25,694 nt of DNA from Sulfurihydrogenibium sp. (GTDB lineage: Bacteria > Aquificota > Aquificia > Aquificales > Hydrogenothermaceae). Made by a program: the position numbers and the translations under genes. This document shows positions 18,679 to 25,694 of the stretch, piece by piece (position 1 is the stretch's first letter; every line of letters begins with the position of its first letter). The notes beneath the pieces were generated by a model, which ran no database searches, had not been told where the DNA came from, and was given only the letters and a program-made list of their open reading frames with translations. The stretch lies in contig JBBIPN010000011.1 in NCBI GenBank assembly GCA_037442825.1, forward strand, positions 1 through 25,694, read 5' to 3'.

Positions 18679-19497
18679 TTATTTTGATAATTTACTTTTA
18701 ATTTCAGCTATAGTTTGGTGTGTGTTATGACATTTAGAACAGTTATTTGCAGATATCCAGTTTAGGTTGTTGTATATTTCTTGTTTATTTGTATTTTGTA
18801 AAGCTTTAGATAAAAGATTTAATCTTTCTTCAAGTTCTTTACCTTGATAAATTTCTATGGATAACTTGTTGTTATGACATTCATTACAACTTTGAGATAA
18901 TCCTTTTAATCTTTTTACAAAATTATTACCTTCTACTTTTGCTTTTCCTGGTTTATTATCTTCTAAATATATCCTTAACTTTTTCATAGAGTCTGTCATT
19001 TTCTTCATATAGTCTTCAAATTCAATATTAGTTCTACTTACTGGATCTTCTATATTTATAAGATGGAAGGAAGGGTAATGGTATATTATTTTTGTTGATA
19101 CTTTGTAATTTTGATGGCATTGAGAACATGATTTACCAACTGTATCTGCATTTGCTTTTACTTTGTTCATATCTTTATTTCTTATAGCTACTACTAACTG
19201 TTCTATTTCATTTTTCTTCAACTGTTTATCGTATTCAGGAACAAGTTTCCCGATATTTAGATAGTTATTTTTTAAAATATTTGCCCATTTTTCTGCATTT
19301 TGCCAATCATATTCTTGTATATTAGTAAATATTCCAGTAAATGCAGTAGACATAGCATACATACTGTTTAAAAATTCATACTTGTTAGAATTTGGTGGAT
19401 AGTATTTAGATAATGATTTTGGAGGTTCTTTTATTGTTAAATCCCCAGCAAAAGCTAAAGAGATATAAAGGAAAGAGCTTAGTATAACCTTTTTCAT
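18679..19497 (-). CDS. periplasmic triheme cytochrome c, predicted helical
   Basis: Signal peptide ending AFA; three CxxCH motifs (CSQCH, CNECH, CSKCH); SD GAGGA. Confidence 0.85.
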   Translation of the reverse strand: MKKVILSSFLYISLAFAGDLTIKEPPKSLSKYYPPNSNKYEFLNSMYAMSTAFTGIFTNIQEYDWQNAEKWANILKNNYLNIGKLVPEYDKQLKKNEIEQLVVAIRNKDMNKVKANADTVGKSCSQCHQNYKVSTKIIYHYPSFHLINIEDPVSRTNIEFEDYMKKMTDSMKKLRIYLEDNKPGKAKVEGNNFVKRLKGLSQSCNECHNNKLSIEIYQGKELEERLNLLSKALQNTNKQEIYNNLNWISANNCSKCHNTHQTIAEIKSKLSK

Positions 19498-19525
19498 AAT
19501 ACTTCCTCTTATAAATTTTGTTATA

Positions 19526-19594
19526 ATAGTAATTACTTAAATTAATTTGAAAAATGATTTGAATCATATTAGAAATAGGTTGTATTATTATAGT
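19526..19594. promoter_or_regulatory. divergent promoter pair with central Crp/Fnr-like box
   Basis: ATGAT-ttga-ATCAT (19554-19567); minus-strand -10 TACTAT (19531-19526); plus-strand -10 TATAGT (19589-19594). Confidence 0.5.
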
Positions 19595-19623
19595 TTAAGA
19601 TAACTAAAAAAGAGGTTAATATA

Positions 19624-20109
19624 ATGTCGGAAATAAAACCAGAAATATTGGAAAAAATGAGAAACTTTGCTAAAAATTTTGCTGAGAAATCTGGAACTGT
19701 CCCAAATCCAAATGAAGAAGTAAGAGAAGCAGTTGTACAAGGTCTTTCTGCTCATGTGCAAGAACTTGGCAAACCACTTTGTCCCTGTAATTTTTATCCA
19801 AATAAGGAAGAAGAAGTAAAAAGAAGAAGATGGATTTGTGCTTGTGATGAAATGCAGATTTTTAAATACTGTCACTGTTTACTATTTACAACACCGGAAG
19901 GTTTACCAATAACTGAGTATTTACCAGAATGGCATGAAGGAAGACAGATCTATGGACTTGTTATAGATCCTACACCAGATAAAGGAAGAGCTTTATCAAA
20001 GATAGAAAATATTGTTGAAAACCTTAAAGAGTATGTTAAAGAACATGGTTTAGATATTTCAGAAGAAGAAATTTTAAAATTTGCACAAAAAACATCTAAA
20101 AAGAAGTAA
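19624..20109 (+). CDS. ferredoxin:thioredoxin reductase catalytic subunit-like protein with C-terminal extension
   Basis: GL...G.PLCPC ... CAC ... CHCLLF six-Cys arrangement of the FTR catalytic chain; SD GAGG. Confidence 0.85.
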   Translation: MSEIKPEILEKMRNFAKNFAEKSGTVPNPNEEVREAVVQGLSAHVQELGKPLCPCNFYPNKEEEVKRRRWICACDEMQIFKYCHCLLFTTPEGLPITEYLPEWHEGRQIYGLVIDPTPDKGRALSKIENIVENLKEYVKEHGLDISEEEILKFAQKTSKKK

Positions 20110-20112
20110 GTT

Positions 20113-21150
20113 ATGAATAGTTGTAATATAGAAGAAAAGCTTAAAAAAAGAGAAAAACTTACAGAAAAAGATATAGAGATTATAAATGAAATAGTTAAAA
20201 GACAAATAAAATTTATGATTAAATATGGAATCTTAATGATTCCGAAGAACTACTCGATATTTTTTAATATCTTTTGTAATGTTGTAGAAAATAATAGATA
20301 TCTAACAGATACAGATATCTTAAATATGTTTAAAGCAGATTTAAATCAACAAGAGATTTTAGAAATAGAAAGTAAAGTTTTAGAGGTACAGTCAAGAAAA
20401 GAGTTAGCTGACAAATTAGAACTTGTAGCTAACGATATAGAAGAGAAATTATCTTTAGCTTTAGAAAATGTTTATTTACATAAAGAAAATATAGAAAAAC
20501 ACGAACATTTATTAAAGACAGAGAAAGATACAAAATTTGAAATGATTTTGACAGAACTGTTAGCATTAAAATTACAAAATGAGAAATTAATGAAAAAACT
20601 TGAAGAATATTATAAAGAAATTATAACATTAAACACAGAACTTAAAATTGCAAAAGAGGATGCAAATATAGATTTTTTAACAGGTATTAGTAATAGAAAG
20701 AGTTTTGAAAGAGCTATAAATGAATTCTTAAAACAGTTTAATAACAAAAAAATTGCTACATTTTCTTTTATTATGTTAGATATAGATGACTTTAAAAAAA
20801 TAAATGATACTTATGGACATCAAGGAGGAGATTTAGTTTTAAAAGAAATTTCTTTAATTTTAAAATCTTATTTAAGGGCAAATACTATAATAGGTAGATT
20901 AGGTGGAGAGGAATTTGGAATACTTTTAACAAATGTACACTTAGAGGATACAATAAAAGTAGCAGAAAGAATTAGATCTATCATAGAAAATAGGGAAATA
21001 AAATATGAAGATAAATTTATAAGTATAACAGCAAGTTTTGGAGTTACAGAAGTTAAAGAAGGCGATAATTTTGATACATTATACAAAAGAGTGGATAAAG
21101 CCCTTTATAAAGCTAAAATTGATGCTAAAAATACTATTAGATGGTTTTGA
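20113..21150 (+). CDS. cytoplasmic diguanylate cyclase (GGDEF domain)
   Basis: Coiled coil then DFLTGISNR, DIDDFKKINDTYGHQGGD, GRLGGEEF, SFGV. Confidence 0.92.
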   Translation: MNSCNIEEKLKKREKLTEKDIEIINEIVKRQIKFMIKYGILMIPKNYSIFFNIFCNVVENNRYLTDTDILNMFKADLNQQEILEIESKVLEVQSRKELADKLELVANDIEEKLSLALENVYLHKENIEKHEHLLKTEKDTKFEMILTELLALKLQNEKLMKKLEEYYKEIITLNTELKIAKEDANIDFLTGISNRKSFERAINEFLKQFNNKKIATFSFIMLDIDDFKKINDTYGHQGGDLVLKEISLILKSYLRANTIIGRLGGEEFGILLTNVHLEDTIKVAERIRSIIENREIKYEDKFISITASFGVTEVKEGDNFDTLYKRVDKALYKAKIDAKNTIRWF

Positions 21151-21175
21151 AGCCGGCCTTAAAACCGGCTTTTTA
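21150..21175. terminator. intrinsic terminator between convergent GGDEF and speD-like genes
   Basis: AAGCCGG-ccttaaaa-CCGGCTT followed by T run. Confidence 0.8.
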
Positions 21176-21601
21176 TTATATTAATCTTTTTCTTTGAGAA
21201 GAAGTTATTGTTGTAGCTAAACCTAAATCTCTTGGAAACTCTGTTCCTCTTGAAGTTGTTTGAATTTCTAAATTATCTGTACCAAAGAAGGATTTAATTA
21301 TATTTAAAGCTTCTGGAATATCAAAATCTTTACAAGAGAATATATCTATTGAGAAGTATCCTTTTTCTGGGAATGTATGTATGCTTATATGACTTTCAGC
21401 TATTATTACAAATCCTGATATTCCCCAATCTTCTATCTTTTCTCCACCATCGTATTTGAATACATAAGGTGGCATTATTTTTGTCATTCCAATCTGTGCT
21501 GGTAATGTGTCTAAAAAGTTTGTTACGGCTTCAATACTTGCCAATGCATCAAAATTTCCATCATAACCATCGACCATTAAATGAGGTCCAAATCCTATCA
21601 A
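21176..21601 (-). CDS. speD: pyruvoyl-dependent decarboxylase proenzyme, SpeD/AdoMetDC class 1B family
   Basis: Self-cleavage motif AE|SHISIHTFPE, DIFSC, terminal RG. Start reassigned to TTG 21601 behind AGGAGG. Confidence 0.8.
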   Translation of the reverse strand: MIGFGPHLMVDGYDGNFDALASIEAVTNFLDTLPAQIGMTKIMPPYVFKYDGGEKIEDWGISGFVIIAESHISIHTFPEKGYFSIDIFSCKDFDIPEALNIIKSFFGTDNLEIQTTSRGTEFPRDLGLATTITSSQRKRLI

Positions 21602-21805
21602 CTCTTGTTTTCCTCCTTTTATATTAAATTTGTGGTATAAAAGATATATTAATTTTAAAGTTATGTAAATATATTTGTGCATATTTTTTGTGCAATTTTA
21701 AAATTACATTTTTGTAATAATATGTTAAAAACCTGATTTTAATTATTGTTAATATTTATTAACCAGTATAAATTTTTATAACTTAATTAAATTTTGGAGA
21801 AAAGT

Positions 21806-23062
21806 ATGGCAGATTTAATAGAACCTAAATTAACATTAGAGTTGGCCCATCAATGTGTAAAATGTTCAGCTTGTAGACAAGTATGTCCTACCTATAGTGT
21901 TGTTAAAGAAGAAAGGTCATCTCCAAGAGGTAGATTAGCATTGGCAGAAGCTGTTATAGATGGTATACTTCCTCTTACAGAGGATATTGTAGCTCAATGG
22001 AATCAATGTGCTATGTGTAGAAGATGTGAATGGATATGTCCAAACGAGGTGGAATACAAAGAGATAATGTTTAGAGCAAGACATTTAGGTAAAGAACAAT
22101 CTAAAAAAGATTATTTTAAAACAGTTGTTTTTAAAGGTCTTGGAATGATGGGAAATTCTTTAACAAAGATAGGTATGAAATTTGCACCATCTTTAATGGA
22201 TGCTTATGGAAAGCTACTTGGTAAGGACGTCCAAGAATACAACTCTATTTTTATAGATATAGGTATTCCAAAGTATGCTAAACTTATGCCTAAACCTTCT
22301 GCTAAACCTTTTGGATTGAGAGGAAAGGAAGTTAAATCTGAAAAATCAAAAGGTAGATTGTTGTTTTTTACAGGATGTATGATAGATGCTTTTCAAGGAA
22401 AAGTTGGAGAAAGTGTACTAAAACTTATGGAAAAAGCTGGTTATGATGTAGTTGTTCCAAAAGATATAAGATGTTGCGGAGCACCTCATCTTTATAGTGG
22501 AGAGATAGAATCATTTAACAAATTAATGAAACATAACAAAGAAGAGATAGATAAGTATGAATTTGATTACATAGTTGTTGCATGTCCAACATGTGGTGGT
22601 GCATTAAAAGAAGAGTATAAATATCCAGTTAAAGATTTTGCTGAAATTTTAAAAGAAGAAGGATTTTATACATTTAAAGGTAATGGAGAAAAGGTTAGTT
22701 TTCATTTTCCTTGTCACTCTTACACTGCAATGAAAACTGATCCAAACGTTTATAGAGATATTTTAACAAATGTAGAGAATGCAAAATATGTGGAAGGTGA
22801 AGAAGCTATGATGTGTTGTGGTTTTGCTGGCTACTTTTCTGTTGCAAACTATGAAGTAGCTTCTGAACTTCAAAAAAGAAAAATAGAAGATTTAAGAAAA
22901 ACGCAAGCAACATACGTTTTAAGTGATTGCCCTGGATGTGTATTAAATATTGCCGATGGAATGTATAAACATGGTCACTATAAAGAAGTTAAAGTTATGC
23001 ATTTGGCAGAATACTTAGCAGAAAGATTGATAGGAGACAAAGATGAAGGTGATTCTAAATAA
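21806..23062 (+). CDS. GlcF-like Fe-S oxidoreductase subunit (2x[4Fe-4S] plus two CCG domains)
   Basis: CVKCSACRQVCP, SPRGR, CAMCRRCEWICP, FTGC, CCGAP, HFPCH, CCGFAG, CPGC; ATG 21806 behind GGAG. Confidence 0.85.
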   Translation: MADLIEPKLTLELAHQCVKCSACRQVCPTYSVVKEERSSPRGRLALAEAVIDGILPLTEDIVAQWNQCAMCRRCEWICPNEVEYKEIMFRARHLGKEQSKKDYFKTVVFKGLGMMGNSLTKIGMKFAPSLMDAYGKLLGKDVQEYNSIFIDIGIPKYAKLMPKPSAKPFGLRGKEVKSEKSKGRLLFFTGCMIDAFQGKVGESVLKLMEKAGYDVVVPKDIRCCGAPHLYSGEIESFNKLMKHNKEEIDKYEFDYIVVACPTCGGALKEEYKYPVKDFAEILKEEGFYTFKGNGEKVSFHFPCHSYTAMKTDPNVYRDILTNVENAKYVEGEEAMMCCGFAGYFSVANYEVASELQKRKIEDLRKTQATYVLSDCPGCVLNIADGMYKHGHYKEVKVMHLAEYLAERLIGDKDEGDSK

Positions 23063-23231
23063 AGTTAGTATGGAAAAATATAAATGTAGGGTTTGTGGAT
23101 ATATCTATGACCCTAAAAAAGGTGATGAGATAAACAATATAAAACCTCATGTAGAATTTATAGATTTGCCTAATAACTGGAGATGTCCAACGTGTAATTA
23201 CTCTAGAAAAGAGTTTAGAAAAATTATTTGA
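23043..23231 (+). CDS. rubredoxin
   Basis: CRVCGYIYDP..GD...F.DLP..W.CPTC; start either 23043 (SD AGGAG, overlapping upstream gene) or 23070. Confidence 0.85.
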   Translation: MKVILNKVSMEKYKCRVCGYIYDPKKGDEINNIKPHVEFIDLPNNWRCPTCNYSRKEFRKII

Positions 23232-24282
23232 TTAAACGTTTTAATTTAGGATCAAGGGCATCTCTTAAAGCATCACCTAAAATATTAAATGAAACTATTG
23301 TTAAAAATATGGCTACTCCAGGAGCCAAAATCCAAGGAAATTGGGATATTGCAGATACACTTCTTGCAGATGCAAGCATATTCCCCCAACTTGGGAAAGG
23401 TTCCTGAATACCAAGACCAAGTAAACTTAACGCACTTTCACCAAGTATATAACCAGGAATTGATAAAGTTGCAGCAATTAAAAGATAGGAAAATGTGTTT
23501 GGTATAATATGCTTAAAAATGATTCTTAAGGAAGATGCTCCATAACTTTTTGCAGCAGTTACAAAATCTTGTTCTCTAATAGATAAAACCATCCCTCTAA
23601 TTACTCTTGCAAGTCCAGCCCAACCAATAAATGAAAGTATAACAACTATTAGAAAAAATACTTCTACTGAAGATAAATTAATTGGAAAAACAGCTCTAAG
23701 AGATAGCATTAGATAAAAACCAGGGAAAGACATAACAATCTCTGATAATCTCATAAGAATATTGTCTATCTTTCCTCCAAAATAGCCGGCTAATCCACCA
23801 ATAATTACACCAATTAAAAAGGATAATGTGACTCCTACTAAACCTATAGATAATGATATCCTTGAAGCATAAAGTATTCTTGAAAATATATCTCTACCAA
23901 GGTTGTCAGCTCCTAAAAGGAATATTTTTCCATCTTTTACGCCAAATAGATGTATATCTGTTTTTATAAATCCAAAAAGATGATGTTCATGTTTCCTATG
24001 GAAAAATTCAATTGGGTACTTTGTATTGTAATCTATTTCATACTGTTTTGTTATTGGATCTTTTAAAACATATCTATATACAAAAGGTCTTAAATGGAAA
24101 TTTCCTTTTTCATCTATAAAATGTATCTGAGTTGGTGGATGGTATGGAGTGTCTCTATGTTGAATATCGTAAGGATAAGGAGCTATAAAATCTGCAAAAA
24201 CTGAAAAGATGTATAATAAACCTAAAATATACAAAGATATATAAGCTAATTTATTTTTTTTAATGTATGTAAAAATTTCCAT
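23224..24282 (-). CDS. peptide/nickel ABC transporter permease (DppC/OppC family)
   Basis: LGADNLGRDIFSR, RISLSIG, EAA-like FVTAAKSYGAS, HIIPN, PSWG, GDALRDALDP. Confidence 0.92.
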   Translation of the reverse strand: MEIFTYIKKNKLAYISLYILGLLYIFSVFADFIAPYPYDIQHRDTPYHPPTQIHFIDEKGNFHLRPFVYRYVLKDPITKQYEIDYNTKYPIEFFHRKHEHHLFGFIKTDIHLFGVKDGKIFLLGADNLGRDIFSRILYASRISLSIGLVGVTLSFLIGVIIGGLAGYFGGKIDNILMRLSEIVMSFPGFYLMLSLRAVFPINLSSVEVFFLIVVILSFIGWAGLARVIRGMVLSIREQDFVTAAKSYGASSLRIIFKHIIPNTFSYLLIAATLSIPGYILGESALSLLGLGIQEPFPSWGNMLASARSVSAISQFPWILAPGVAIFLTIVSFNILGDALRDALDPKLKRLIK

Positions 24283-25268
24283 TACTTTAAAACCCCTTCT
24301 ACTTCTCTCTGCCTAATTCGCGGATCTATTTTTGCAAGAAGAATATCAGCTATTAGATTTCCAATAATTAACATAATAGCACCTATATAAAGTCCACCCA
24401 TAACAAGGTATAGGTCTTGAGATAAAACAGCATCTAACATAAGCATACCCATTCCTGGCCAGTTGACTATAATCTCTATCAAAGCAGCACCAGATAGTAA
24501 AGAAGCTATTTCAAATCCAAGTATTGTAATAAATGGATTTAAAGCATTTTTTAAAGCATGTTTTAAAACTATATCCTTCTCTTTTAAGCCTTTTGCCTTT
24601 GCAAATAGTACATACTCAGATTGTAGAGATTCTATCATAGCACTTCTAACAAGTCTCACTAATCCAGCTAATGATGTTATTGCCAATACAAATGCAGGTA
24701 GGCTTACATGCCAAAGTTTATCTAATATTTTTTCATAAAAATTTAAGTTATCATAGTTTGGGCTTACAGCTCCACCTGTCGGAAGTATACCTGTTTTTAC
24801 AGAGAAAAATAGAAGAATAAAAGCAAGGAAAAATCCAGGTAAAGACATAAAAGTAAATGAAAATAGTTGAATAAATTTATCAACAAAACTATCTTTCTTT
24901 ATAGCAGCTATTATACCTAATGGTATTGCTAAAAACCAAGCTAATAAGCCAGACGTTATAGATAAAAAGAGAGTATTACCAACTCTATCTTTTATAAGCT
25001 CAATAACTGGCATATTGTAACTAAAAGAGTATCCTAAATCAAATTTTAATGCATTTATTAGCCATTTGAAGTACTGTACTAATAAAGGTTGATTTAAACC
25101 ATAAACTTCTTCTAACTGTTTTATTGTTTTTTCTGAAACTTGAGGATTCATCTTTAACTGATCTAAGTAATCACCAGGGGCCATCTGAATAATTATAAAA
25201 GATAAAAAAGTGATTCCCAAGAGTAAGGGAATCATCTGAAATAATCGTTTTATTATATAAAAAAACAT
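24282..25268 (-). CDS. peptide/nickel ABC transporter permease (DppB/OppB family)
   Basis: YIIKRL, PGD, YGLNQP..QY, DLGYS, YVLFAKAKGL, HALKNA, WPGMG, DPRIR. Confidence 0.92.
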   Translation of the reverse strand: MFFYIIKRLFQMIPLLLGITFLSFIIIQMAPGDYLDQLKMNPQVSEKTIKQLEEVYGLNQPLLVQYFKWLINALKFDLGYSFSYNMPVIELIKDRVGNTLFLSITSGLLAWFLAIPLGIIAAIKKDSFVDKFIQLFSFTFMSLPGFFLAFILLFFSVKTGILPTGGAVSPNYDNLNFYEKILDKLWHVSLPAFVLAITSLAGLVRLVRSAMIESLQSEYVLFAKAKGLKEKDIVLKHALKNALNPFITILGFEIASLLSGAALIEIIVNWPGMGMLMLDAVLSQDLYLVMGGLYIGAIMLIIGNLIADILLAKIDPRIRQREVEGVLK

Positions 25269-25269
25269 C

Positions 25270-25694
25270 TTATTTTTTCATAAGTTTTTTAATATTAGAA
25301 ACAGCTTGTCTTATCCTTTTTTCATTTTCTACTACTGCAAATCTTACATAACCTTCTCCATGTTCTCCAAAACCTATACCTGGGGCTACAGCTACCTTAC
25401 CTTCTGTAAGTAGTAGTTTACTGAATTCTATAGAACCTAAACTACTAAACTTTTCAGGAATTTTTGCCCATAAAAACATCGTTGCTTTTGGTTTTTCTAC
25501 TGGCCAACCAGCTTTGTTTAATCCTTCAACAAGAATATCTAACCTTTTACTATATATATCTCTTGCCTTTTCAACTACAGAGTAATCACCTTCAAGAGCT
25601 ATTATACTTGCTACTTGTATAGGTGTAAACATTCCATAGTCTAAGTAACTTTTTAATCTTTTTAAATTGTAAACTAACGTTTTATTTCCGAGTA
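25270..25694 (-). CDS. class I/II PLP aminotransferase, AlaC-like (5' end outside window)
   Basis: Frame is open to the window edge: LGNKTLVYNLKRLKSYLDYGMFTPIQVA...PKATMFLW...VAPGIGFG.GEGYVRFA. Confidence 0.85.
   Translation of the reverse strand, partial: LGNKTLVYNLKRLKSYLDYGMFTPIQVASIIALEGDYSVVEKARDIYSKRLDILVEGLNKAGWPVEKPKATMFLWAKIPEKFSSLGSIEFSKLLLTEGKVAVAPGIGFGEHGEGYVRFAVVENEKRIRQAVSNIKKLMKK

Noticed and set aside
21602..21682. N-terminal extension of the speD-like ORF
   Set aside because: Contains the AGGAGG SD for TTG 21601 and reads as intergenic AT-rich sequence
22118..22131. AAAACA-GT-TGTTTT, similar to the rTCA palindrome
   Set aside because: Two-base spacer and located inside a coding region; it does show that such dyads can arise by chance
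2686..24738. Antisense or alternate-frame ORFs in the track (2686-3084, 5486-5671, 8983-9324, 10463-10783, 11474-11728, 12302-12616, 13988-14344, 14586-14807, 15062-15253, 15129-15326, 15367-15702, 16270-16530, 19588-19875, 20868-21086, 23289-23507, 24463-24738)
   Set aside because: Shadows of well-supported genes on the opposite strand; no recognisable motifs
1..25694. Mobile elements, tRNA/rRNA, CRISPR arrays, frameshift or selenocysteine recoding
   Set aside because: No transposase or integrase, no GC-rich structured RNA blocks, no periodic repeats, and all genes appear intact

Overview
AT-rich bacterial chromosomal window, most likely Aquificota (Hydrogenothermaceae-like; inferred from the KorAB, MDH and FTR types and the low GC). 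The left half is a reductive TCA (rTCA) carbon-fixation cluster: mdh-fumAB-sucCD, two-subunit korAB, a minus-strand rel/spoT, and a four-subunit gamma-delta-alpha-beta 2-oxoacid:ferredoxin oxidoreductase (POR-like). An OprC-type copper TonB-dependent receptor precedes it. The right half holds pabC-like/dacB, a divergent redox module (triheme cytochrome c, CDGSH protein and NAD(P)H:quinone oxidoreductase versus a ferredoxin:thioredoxin reductase subunit and a GGDEF protein), a SpeD-family decarboxylase, a GlcF-like Fe-S protein, rubredoxin, two peptide/nickel ABC permeases and a truncated AlaC-like aminotransferase. I saw no mobile elements, RNA genes or CRISPR arrays. The two most notable non-coding signals are (1) a shared AAACA-n-TGTT(T) palindrome at the promoters of all three carbon-fixation operons, a candidate rTCA regulon operator, and (2) a Crp/Fnr-like box placed symmetrically at class II activator distance from both promoters of the divergent redox module.
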